Source: Cladosporium halotolerans
Taxonomy: Eukaryota
Assembly: GCF_011745625.1 (NCBI RefSeq)
Contig: NW_027191484.1
Span: 1 to 64,000 of the forward strand
DNA length: 64,000 nucleotides
Direction: 5' to 3'
Of this stretch, positions 1 through 10,900 are shown one piece after another (position 1 is the stretch's first letter; each line of letters starts with the position of its first letter). A model generated the notes under the pieces. It saw only the letters and a list, made by a program, of their open reading frames with translations. It ran no database searches and had not been told where the DNA came from. A program made the translations under genes and the position numbers.

Positions 1-136
1 TTTTTATTAAAACCGTAGGGGTAAGTATTATGGTAAGCGTAATATTTCTACACCTAACCCCCCCCGTAAGTAAATAAACTATCCCTAAATTGAAAGTAAT
101 GGCGCATGAACAGGATCTTCGCAGAAGCAAGCCTCA

Positions 137-252
137 GCCAAGGTCTTGGTATGGCCGAAGGCCTGAAGAAGGCTGTCCACGGGAGCGGACCTTGATGAAG
201 AGGGTAAGCGTATAACCGCGCGAGAGGCGTCCCAAGCCAGTCGGGACTTGGC
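137..252. promoter_or_regulatory. Putative ZafA-type (CAAGGT) and PacC-type (GCCAAG) sites plus TATA box upstream of the ZIP gene
   Basis: GCCAAG 137-142 overlaps CAAGGT 139-144; ACCTTG 189-194; TATAA 211-215; CTTGGC 247-252. Confidence 0.55.
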
Positions 253-336
253 CACTTGCAGTCGGATACCAACTTCTCTTCCTGGTCTTCTTGTGCCGAC
301 TTCACGTTTCTTCACGAGCTTCAAGATCCAGTGACG

Positions 337-2263
337 ATGCCTTCTCTGCGCCTGCTGAGTCTTGCGGCCTTCGCCGCCTGCGCGGCCTCTCTTTCGACAG
401 CTGAACGTGAGAATGCAGACTCTACTGCGCAGAAACGCCAGGAGTTCTTCGAAGTGGGCAGTTGCCACGCTCACGGCGATGTTCTGTTCTGCATCCACGA
501 TGGCGCGGAGTGGGAGGTCACCAGCGACGTGACCCCTGCAGATGCGCCAGACAGTTTCACCGGATGCCACTCCCATTCAGACACAGAGATGTGAGTTCTT
601 GACTCTCCACTTGCAAGCGAAAGTCGGCTAACGGTCATGCAGCCACTGTGTCGATGCCGACCAGACCTACGACGTGAGCTTGGCGCTGGAGGGCGCGGAG
701 TCCACGAGCACCGAGGAGGCTGGGTCGGAAGATCACGCCCATGCCTCAGACGCCACGGCAGCCGAGGGAAGCACCTCGTCTGAAGAGATCACCGAAGTGA
801 CCTCTTGCCATGCCCACGCTGATGGCCTCTATTGCATGGCCGATGGCGAAGAATGGCAGGTAACGACTGACTACGACACTGCCAACCCTCCGGAAAGCTA
901 TACCGGCTGCCATGCGCACGGTGCAGACGAGCTGTACGTCCTTTTGAAGAATCGCCCCAATAGACCCACAGACTGACCGATACAGACACTGTACCGAAGG
1001 CGACACCGAGGCCAGCTTGTCAAGAGCTGGCGCCGAATCGAGCAGTGGATCCTCTGAATCATCATCATCATCATCATCAGCTGCTGGCTCATCCACCGGC
1101 GAGGCAGTGGATTGTCATTTCCACGCTGGTGTTGAGTAAGTCTTCTGCTGACAATTCCAAGAACGAAGGCTGACTAATTGCTAGGCACTGTGTTGATGAA
1201 AATGGCCGAACTGTCGAAATGGGCTGCTCAGCACCTGACCACGACTACGATGTCCCTATTCGCATCGGCCTCCTTTTCGTGATTCTGGTCACCAGTGCCA
1301 TTGGCGTGTACATACCCATCTTCACACAGCGATTTACGTCTGTCAGCATGGACAGTACGCTCATTGTTGCTATGCGCCAATTTGGTACTGGTGTTATCAT
1401 TTCGACCGCTATTGTACATGTAAGTTGTCGTGGACATAGCAGATATCGAATATCCATGCTAACATGAGATAGCTTTTCACCCATGCACAGCTGTTTTTCA
1501 ACAATGACTGCCTCGAAGGCGTCGAATATGAGGCAACTACTGGTGCTATCCTGATGGCTGGATTGTTCTTGACTTTCCTCATTGAGTACATTGCTCACAG
1601 ATGGGTTGACCGGAAACGCCACATGTTCGAAAGGCCAAACGCGAATGCTGTCGAATCAAACGGCAACAAGGATGGTTCGGACGCCAACATCTCAGAGGCC
1701 AGCTCCGGTGAGCAAAAGTATTCGCCAGCTTCGCTTACGCTGAACACTGCCGTCATGGAGGCTGGAATCATTTTCCACTCTATCCGTAAGTTGCACATAT
1801 GGGACCTCGTGAGCGACCAGCAGCGCTAACATGATTTGCAGTCATTGGTCTGACCTTGGTCGTCGCTGCCGACTCTGGCTTCATCACGCTGTTCATCGTC
1901 ATCCTATTCCACCAGGTCTTTGAAGGCTTCGCTTTGGGAGCCAGAATTGCCATGATCCCTTGCGGACTCGTGCGCAAATTGATACTTGGAGCAGCTTTCG
2001 CCATCACGACCCCAATCGGCATGGCAATCGGAATCGGCGTTCTCTCGAGCTTCAACGGCAACGATCCTTCGACTCTCGTCGCAATTGGCACGCTCAACGC
2101 CTTCAGCGCTGGTATCTTACTCTGGGTCGGTGTGGCTGAGATGTGGTTTGTCGAATGGTTCCACGGACCGCTGACTCATGCCGGACCATTCAAGGTGGCG
2201 GTTTGCTTCTTGAGCTTGGTGAGTGGCTTGGTTGTGATGAGCGTCCTGGGCAAATGGGCTTGA
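337..2263 (+). CDS. zrfC: ZIP-family zinc transporter with signal peptide and long His/Cys-rich extracellular N-terminus (ZrfC/Zrt1-like)
   Basis: ATG 337, signal peptide MPSLRLLSLAAFAACAAS. Introns 591-642, 934-985, 1136-1184, 1420-1472 and 1786-1841 (GT..CTRAC..AG) join in frame. Motifs CHFHAGVEHC, FGTGVIISTAIVHLFTHA, EAGIIFHS, FHQVFEG and terminal LGKWA. Confidence 0.93.
1059..1079 (+). repeat. (TCA)7 microsatellite encoding a poly-Ser linker in the ZIP N-terminus
   Basis: tcatcatcatcatcatcatca read directly. Confidence 0.9.
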
Positions 2264-2883
2264 GCGCTCCAACCACGAGTTAATGATTCAGGATCCAAAA
2301 GTTACATAGATAGACGTTGCATTTACCGCCAGCTCGCCCGCAACCTTACGGTTGCAGGAGCTGTCAACACAGTCGCCTCTCTGATCATTAGCGAACAAGT
2401 TGCTCAATCTGCCTAGAACAATGGCGGTCTCAGCGTGGCGCCATGTGGCACAGAATGCTGCTCGCCTTCCGGTTTCGAACAAAATGCATGCCGGAGGCGA
2501 AGCGCCATGCATTCCACGGCAATTCCAAGCTTGCATCGTCATCATCTCATTCCCCCAAATGTGAGATCTGGATAGTTTCTCGTGACAGGCTGGTAGTTTT
2601 CCGGGCTTTGGTTTTAACGGTACGCACTGCATTGACTGCACGATCACTAGAGCCAGACCGAGAGCAAATGGCCGCTGACGCCCGAGATCTGAGGTGGGAC
2701 ACATACCTCGCCTCAGTCGCTTTCAGAAAGCGGGCTGCGTCCTTTGTCCATTGTTCCTTACCGTATGCGGCGGCGAAGAAGAGCGACCTCCGACATGGCT
2801 GCCACAACTCTGCGCACCACTTTGTCCCCTTGGCCCTCATCGATTCTCTTGAGCGACAATCACGCCCAAGACAGTGGCCCACC

Positions 2884-4863
2884 ATGCCTTTGGTTAGGAT
2901 TTCATCCAAACCCGCATCGACGGTGGCGTCGCCCCTTCCCGACGTGGCTTCGATGATACACGTGATCGACAGCAGCGAGCTCAGCAAAACGGCAAGGCGT
3001 TTCAGTCGATCAACTGGTATTCCGATAAGAGGCAGCACAAGGTCACAGAAGTATAGGAAAGAGATGATTATCGGCGACTGTCCGAAGGGCCAGAACTACT
3101 ACGTTTGTCAGTCGACTGGTTTCAGGGGCTGCTGCTCTCAGAACGCTTGCGACCCGAAAGTCACTTGTCCTGAAGGTGGTCAATCGGAGCCAGGATCATC
3201 ATCTGGGGCCTCAAGCTCGGCTTCTACTGAGGGTTCGAACGAGCAATCGGGGACTGTGAGCCCGACCAATGATTCAAGCTCCGAAACCTCATCGGCGATA
3301 GCTCAGTCGACGAGCGAACGACCAATGACTGCTGCCAGTGACTCTCCTACCACTGAAGGATCTACAAAGAGTGAGACTCGACCAGTCAAGTTCATTGTGA
3401 CCTCGGCCTCAGGCGCGCCCTCAAATATCCCTGCGAACGGCACAGCCATTCGGGCGACGGAAGATGTTGCTTTAGCGCCTTCCTGCCCGAGAGGCAACGG
3501 CACAACATATGTCGACAATAACAACATTGCATATGTCGTTCGATGCAACAACGACAACTCCGCACCCTCTTACAACAGCGTCCAAGTGTCAATCGGCGGT
3601 TACGGCCAATGTTTCTCAAGCTGCTCCGACTCGAGCGATTGCGCCGGGTTCACGTACGTCGGTCTGGACGATGGCGTCTGCTACCTCAAGGCGACCATGC
3701 CAAAAGATACATACGTCGCGAAAGGAGGGAGCAACTACATCTCTACCGCAAAGATAGATCCGTCAGCCTCTGCTCCGCGGCCTACACCGACTTCAGGACC
3801 AACTTCGTCAATGCAACCGAACAAAGGCGCCATAGCCGGCGGTGTGGTTGGCGGCATCGCGATCATTGGCTTGGTCCTCTTTCTGATCGCATTTATCGTA
3901 AAGCGTCGAAAGAAAGAAATCGAGAACAAACGCGCCACCCTGACCCATATCTTTGGAGGAGCCGTCGAACCTGGCCGCAACAACGATGATACCCACACGC
4001 TGCCTCTCCACAACCGCAACGGCAGCACGAGCCACGACGTCTTTGCGCCGTATGGAGGTGCGTATTCCCCTCAGTACTTCATCGCTCCGTCGCAGCCGTC
4101 GCAGCAGCCGCAAATGCAGCAGCACGCCCGGCAGCGATCGGTCTACCGCCCTCCCGGCGAAGCAAGCTGGCTCTGACGAAGATTCTGTGGTGCAGGTTAT
4201 TCTCGTGGAATCACTGGAAGCGTCGCCAAAGACTACGCTCCTCAGCCCAAAACTACCAGTCCAGGAGGCGACGGAGGCTATTCCCGCGACCCTATTCCGC
4301 CCTACCCAACCTCATCACCACCTTTCCAACCTGACTCATTCGACACGAAACACCCGTCCACACCCCTCCAGTACCTGCCGGCAACAACCTACCAACCAAC
4401 CCAGCACCACACGCTCTCCCCGCCAGCCTCCGATCCCGTTCCTCTCCTTGACAGCACTCCCATCGCGCCACGCAGCACGTCCCGCTCTCCGCGCTTCAGA
4501 GAGCACATCTCCGAGCTCGAAGACACTTCTTCGCCGCCTCCGAGGACCAAACGCTGGGGCAGCGTCTTGTACGCTGAGAACCCACCAGCACCACCGGCCG
4601 AGAACCCGGACGAGATGCTGGAGGAGGCGCGGAGGAGGCAGCAGAGGCTGAGGTTCATGGCGTTGGAGGCTCAAAGGGGTGGTGCAGGTAATGCGGGTGG
4701 GAATGAGGCGGTCGGAGGCGAGAAGGCACCGCCGGGCGTGAGGAGGGCTGGTAGTGGGAGTGGGAAGGAGGGAGAGGTGAGTCCGGATTTGAGCGGGTCG
4801 CCGTTGGATCGCAGTTTCATGGTCAGTCCGATGGGGAGTTTGGGTAAGGCGAGGGGGAGTTAG
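2884..4863 (+). CDS. Single-pass membrane protein: Cys-rich N-module, Ser/Thr-rich stalk, PAN/apple-like Cys domain, TM helix, Pro-rich cytoplasmic tail
   Basis: CPKGQNYYVC..FRGCCSQNAC, then C..C...CAGFTY....CYLK, then TM GAIAGGVVGGIAIIGLVLFLIAFIV followed by KRRKK. Predicted intron 4058-4195 (GTGCGT..CTGAC..CAG) extends the frame to the stop at 4863. Start could be 2884 or 3064. Confidence 0.7.
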
Positions 4864-5329
4864 CTGGGAGGTGGTCTCTTTGTGTGGGTTTTGCTCCGGG
4901 ATCGTCATATTACCATTGAACTTCTGGGCTTGATATAGACTATACACTTTGAAACCCGGTAGTGTCACAGCGCGAAGCTAGGAAAGTGTGGACGACTCCG
5001 TCCGTGGAATGATCCTCCAATGCAGTCTCAGCCTCACTTTCCTGCCGCTTGTGAATCTCTGATCACATCAATCGCTGCAGCTCAATTTCTCTCGCGCCTT
5101 CGCTCGAGCTACCAACATACAGTACTTTCGAGCTCGTTCGCAAGTCTGCTCAAACAAATAGCAGATCTTTGGGAGCTCTCATGGCGTCCTAAAAAGGTTT
5201 TCGATCATGCGCTGCCGCTAACACTGGACATGTCGTTCTGAAGGAAGGCGCGCGCGTCGCTGGGAATGTCGGAGTGATCAGCTGCGAATTCGAGCTCACC
5301 ATAAGTTTTCCTGCTCACGCCACGGTTAG

Positions 5330-7965
5330 CTAGCCCATGAGCAAGATATTTGAGGAAGGGAGATACCCTGCCTCGTGATGCGCCCCGCCTGTCTTCCCTC
5401 CGCCCGTCTGCGCCCAACCGCCACTGGGCTTCGCGTTCTGGCTGTTACCCCAGCCGTCGTTCTTCACCTGCTTGTTATTATTGTCCCACTGAACGTTCTT
5501 CGCAGCATCCGGCTCAGCATCCCATCCACCACCAGCAGCGCTACCCTTCGACCTTCCTCCACTGCTCTGCTTCGCCCAGCCATCACCACCCGCATCATTT
5601 TTCTTCTCCTTCTTCTCCTTCTTCCTCTTTTCCTCCCCACCCTGCGCCTCTTTCTTCTCCTCCCCCTTCTTGCCTCTCCTCTCCGCATCCCTCAACACTT
5701 CCTCAACCAACCTCTCCCTCGACAACCCCATCAATACCCCCCTGCTCACCTCCCTTCTAACCCCCTCCACATCCCCTCCCACATCCCGGCCCAAAATCTC
5801 CCCCAGCTTGCCCACGCTGCGGTACTTGAACACGAACACCGCGAACGGCTTGTCCATCTCGTCCAGGTACTTGGGCGTGTAGGTGCGGTGCACGTAGTCG
5901 GCGCCGGCATTGGGGTGCGTGTAGGGGTTGCGGGCGGAGGGGGGGAGAGGGGGGTTGAGGGCCGTGGAGGGGCGGTGGGGGAGGGGTTGCGGGTCGCGCC
6001 AGGTGGCGAAGTAGGGCTGGATGTGGGCGTGGGGGTTGCTGGTTTGGGTTGAAGAGGTCTTGCTGTGGTGGGAGGGGGCGGGGTGGCGGGTGGAGGGTTT
6101 GCTGGTGTTGGAGGATGTGGTGCTGGGTTTGGATGCGGACTTGGATCTGGACTTGGATTTGGCGGCGGAGGCGTTGCCCCAGTTGCTGGCCTGCTGGTTG
6201 TTGTTGGCTTGGTCCCAGGCGGTGTCTGCGGGCTGGCCCCAATTGGTGTTATCCGCGGCGTTGTTCTGGTCGTTGTCGTTGTTGTTCGCCCAGCCGCCGT
6301 CCTGCTGGCTGGTGTTATCATTGTCGTTGTTCTGGTCTCCCCATGGAGAGGCATCGTTTCCACTGTCATCGTTGCCGCCCTTGTTATTATTTCCCCACGG
6401 ATCGCTCGACTGCGCCTTGTTCGAGGTCGAACCCTTCTTACCATCCGCGGCGAAGTGTTCAACCGTCCTCTTCGAACCGGCATCGCTCTTCTTGTCGCCA
6501 CGCCCGCTCTTATCACTCCTCGTGAACGAGTCCCTCTCAAACCCAAACTCATCCAGCCCCCTCTCGCCCTTCTCAGCCCTCACCAGCGCCAATATCTCCC
6601 TCTTCAGCTTCTCCTCCCGCTCCCTCTCCCTCTCCAGCGGATCCTCGAGCATATGCAGCGCGGTGCCGTCCGGAAACCTGCCTGCGTCTCTGAAAGACCT
6701 CAATTCCTGCATGACCTTCTCGCGGCCGAGATCACTCAGGCGGCCGACGTTATTGTCTCGCAGAACGAAGATGTACGGCGCAGCGGCGGCGAGGAAGCGG
6801 TGGTGCACGCCGAAGTGGCGGCCGATGAGCGGGCCAAGGGTCCAGATTGCCTGGCGTTGGGTTTCGATGGGGATCTTGCGTGGCCGGTAGGGCTGGGATG
6901 CTGGGAGCTGGTACTGGGGGACGGCGTAGACGTATTGCGGGCTTTGAGCGGCGGGTGCTGGCGGCTGGGCGGTGTACTGCTGGCCCTGGGGAAGTTCGGA
7001 TGTGTAAACCCGCTCGAAGAGGCCTTGAGCAGGAGCGGCTGGGGAGCCTTGGTATATCTGCGGCTGGGCGGGGGCGTAGGCTACGGGATTGGTGGTGTAG
7101 ACTGGGGCTTGTTGGTATTTGCCACCGGCAGCGACCGGGCGCGTGTTGTCGTAGTATTTGGAGCCTTGCTGGCGCCCAGCCGGCGTCTGGTAGTAAGGCG
7201 CATGAGTATCGTACGGCTGGCCGTACTGGTTGACGATCACGCCTGGGTGGTCGTAGGCCTGGCCGTCAAGAGAAAATTGGCGGTCGTCAGCACCGTCGAG
7301 AGAGAGGTCGCTCGCTCCGTCAAAGATGCCCATCAACCCGCCCAAAGACTCGCGGACCGTCGGCGGCTTGTTTCTGGTCGGGAGTTCCTTGGCGACAGAG
7401 GTCGTACGAGGCTTCTCGCGAGGCGTAGGCTGTTCGTCTTCGTAATCGCAGCGCAGGACGACGACCTCGATCCTGCCGACGTTCGGATGCTTGTTCTTGC
7501 TGGAGTTTTCTGATTTGTCGGCTTGATCTGTGAGCATCAGTTAGTACGCGTTGTTGATCGACAGAAAGCATGAGGGAATTGACGAGTAGACATACCAACA
7601 TCAAGTCCTCCAAACCTCCACTCCCTCCCCACAAACATCCCCTGCTCTGCCCCAGCCACCTTCTCCTCCTTCTGCCTCAGCAGAATCTCCACTGCACTAC
7701 CGCCCTCGGAGCCCAAGAGCGGTGCTCTCTTGCTCCTGTTGGCATGGTAGATACCATCAATGAAGACGAAGGCTGCGAGTCCCGGAGCGACCCAATTGTC
7801 AGCTCGGAGCCGGATGGCGAAAGGCTGCGCGGCGGGGAGCGCCGGGACGGGAACTGGGATGTAGGCCGAGACGCTTGAGTCGAGGTAGCGGCGGCGGTAT
7901 TCGGGGAGCGGTGTCGAGGTGGGTGGGAGGAGGATTGTGCAGTCCAAGTTGTTTAGGGTCGGCAT
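5330..7965 (-). CDS. Uncharacterised fungal protein: globular N-terminal domain plus long low-complexity WG/GW-rich C-terminal region
   Basis: ATG 7965 (MPTLNNLDC). Intron 7528-7595 (GTATGT..CTGA..CAG on the minus strand) joins the 166-aa and 735-aa ORFs. Exact 3' end uncertain. Confidence 0.75.
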
Positions 7966-10900
7966 TGTTGCGAGGGTGGTGCGTGGTGGTGAGAACTGCA
8001 ATGCCAACAAGCTGAGTGAGAAGGGTGTAGTCAACAACGTGAGCGTGCGACTCGCGTCCGAAAGCTACGCAGCGTCGCGGGCTGGAAGCGCGCTGTTTCC
8101 ATGGCCACAGTGTTGTACTGTGGTCGTGGGTAAATAAAGACTCCTGTGGTTCCTTACCTCTCGAGGGAAAATGGATCATGTAGCGTACTGCCATCGACTA
8201 TCGATATTGGATAGTCGGGTCGCCGGGAGAGAAAAGCTTGGAGAAGTCGACGAACGACGCGTCAAAGTCTGTCTCAGGTCTCACGCTTCCCAAGAATAGT
8301 TTGGGTGTAGAGAGTAATGTCTTCTTAGATCGGTACTGAATAGTGATGTCCCTTGAGAGAGGAAATAAGAAAACGACTTACTCACTTCTCCGAAACCATC
8401 CCGCAATGTAGCGTGCTGCCTTCTCCTATCAATATAGGAAACTATATCTTTACCCTGAGAACTTCGTCGAAGTCTTCCAGACCGATTGAAGAGCATGGCG
8501 CACTCTTCTCCTATCAACATAACATACAAGGCGATACCGCATTGCTGAGAGCCTCGCCGAACTCAACCTCGTCCTCGTCCTCGTCGATGGCGATGGCCTC
8601 CACGTGAGGGCCCTCGACAACGATGAGCATCAACTGGTATAGAAGTCTGAAGGCTGACTGCCTCGGTGTCTCCGGCGACGGGCTCTTTCACGGAAGGACA
8701 TTCTTGGCGTGATCGTAATGCAGTCACTCTTTTTTCAAGCCGCGCTCCATCCTCATTTTTTTCGCATCTCTTGGGCCTCGTTCGCGAAGACGTGATAGAG
8801 CAATCTTTTTCTTAAGTCGGTGGATAGGCGACTGCGTGTGTCTTTTTAGAAATCGAGCCATTTGTAGCTCCACTTTGTTGTTCTTGCCAACATCCAAAAC
8901 CTATGCTTATCCATTGCAGATGCTGTCTTCTTGAGTAAATCAATATTTGCCTCTTCAAGGTTACATATCTTGTTGGCGGCAAGAAGCACTTGCACTATCA
9001 TTGAATTCGGTTTCGGATCTGACCGCCTGAGAGCAAAGTAAATTGCAGTCAGTTTACCTACTGTAGATGGTTCTCAATAGCTGATACTACGCCATGGAGC
9101 GCGGTATAGCGCCGCAACATGGGAACGATGTGGCCACCCGAACAAATGGAACGTTGACTCGTCATTAGGCAAGTCGAGGAACGATTGTCTGCACCCATCA
9201 CGCCATTGTGCAGCGTTACATTACGTCGCATGGCAACGAAAACAAAGAGCGCACAGCCATGTGCCGAGCGAACGAATGCCGTCTGGTAAAAGATCGATCT
9301 CACCGCAGCTGCCGAACCACGTGTAGATCTCACAGCATTGATGAACCACAGTGCCGGCCCACACGACGTCAGCTACGCCTCGAGTCGGCTCCGCGGGCAG
9401 AAACGGGCAGAAACGGGCAGTGAACCGCACACCGCGCAAATGATGACGATCTGAAGCGTGAAACCGCGAGGAGACGATCACGGAGCCTCCGTGAGACACG
9501 CCACAGCACTCTCTATCTGGCGCAAAAGCCGTAGCAGAAGAGCGAGGTGGGCTACAGACGAGCGCAGGCACGGTGGCACCAGCGATGCAATGGCTTCCAC
9601 GCGCTGGCGTCAGGGCACATGGCGAGCACGTCGCGAGACGTGCCGGCTGCGGACGCGGTGGCACAGGAGCTACGGAAGTGGCTTGTCGGGAGATGCTGGC
9701 CGGCGAGAGCGAGGGCTCGTGTGCGACAAGACAGGGCGGAGGTGCAGCGGGTGCCGGTAGGGATGCGATGCGACGCGACGATTCCCGCGCCGTCTGACGT
9801 GGGACAGGCCGGACTTGTTTCGCGGGAGGAGACAGCTGCTTGCCGTGGATGTGGACGTGGACGTGAAGGATGTGACACGGCTGGTCTGGGCGAGGAGTGG
9901 GAGTTCGTGGGACAGGAGGAGTGAAGATGCAATCTCGTGCAGCAGACGAATGGGAGGCGCGTTCGCAGTGATGTCGAATCACGTGGCGCTGGGGGCACGT
10001 GCTTTGTTCCGTCTGGGCCGGGACGAGGCGCCGGAGGACTACTGGATGTGGAGAAGAGCAGCGGTGAACGATGCGCGGCAGGGCAGCGCAAAGGGAAGGG
10101 TTACATCGACGACGGGACGAAGGACTGAGGCATGAACATGGGAGGGCGAGGCGGGCGTCGCGTGGTATATGTACGAGTGGCCTGCGAGCTGCGCTGCTTA
10201 CGGAGGCGCCGACAAGCAAGGCAGCTGCGTGGACTGTGAGAGCAGACGGTACGCGCAGCAGCACCCACGACGGCCATACCTACATACGAACCCTACAGCA
10301 CCGAGCTGCCGAGCTACATCACAGTACTGTACCGACCTGCCCAGCCCGCGCGTGTTATCGCGCGCTTCTCGTCTCTCGTTTATCGTCTCTTCGGCCCGCC
10401 CGCGCGTCGACACAACACCTGCCTTAGGGCACTGACTGTACCTGGGTCGAGCTGCCGCGCTTCTCATCATTAGAGAGTCCGCCCGCGCTCGCAGCTGAGG
10501 CATCGCAGGGAGCTGGTGCCCTTGGTGTTTCCGGGGACCTCAGGCGCACGCCAAGCCGCGACGGCTAATCAGGCAATAAGGCAGCAGCCGCGGTGGGTGG
10601 GGCTTGCTAGACCCATATGTAGCGGCACAGCCTACCGCCATCGCCCCCGTCCTTGTGCCTCCCGCCATTATTGGACCACCGCCGCCAGTGCGCCGCTCTC
10701 TTCCGCCAGTAATCCCACCCTCGCCCACACCCATCGCAGGCCAATCGCAGCGACCAGCCCAGCGCGTCGCTGTCTCAGGCGAAAGGTCGAGCCCAGCTAG
10801 GTACGCCGTCACCACCGCACCGCACCACCGCCCGTAACGTGACCCTCGCGCCCTGCGGCCCTGCCATCCTGCCGTCGTCGCCTCCTCCTCGCCGGGACGC

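Noticed and set aside
5350..7513. Long antisense ORFs (also 19275-20618, 25884-26771, 48681-49439)
   Set aside because: Shadows of GC-rich coding sequence on the opposite strand.
9396..9460. GGGCAGAAAC tandem and an ATGATGA..CTGA C/D-like pair
   Set aside because: Only about two repeat copies; the boxes are too close together for a snoRNA.
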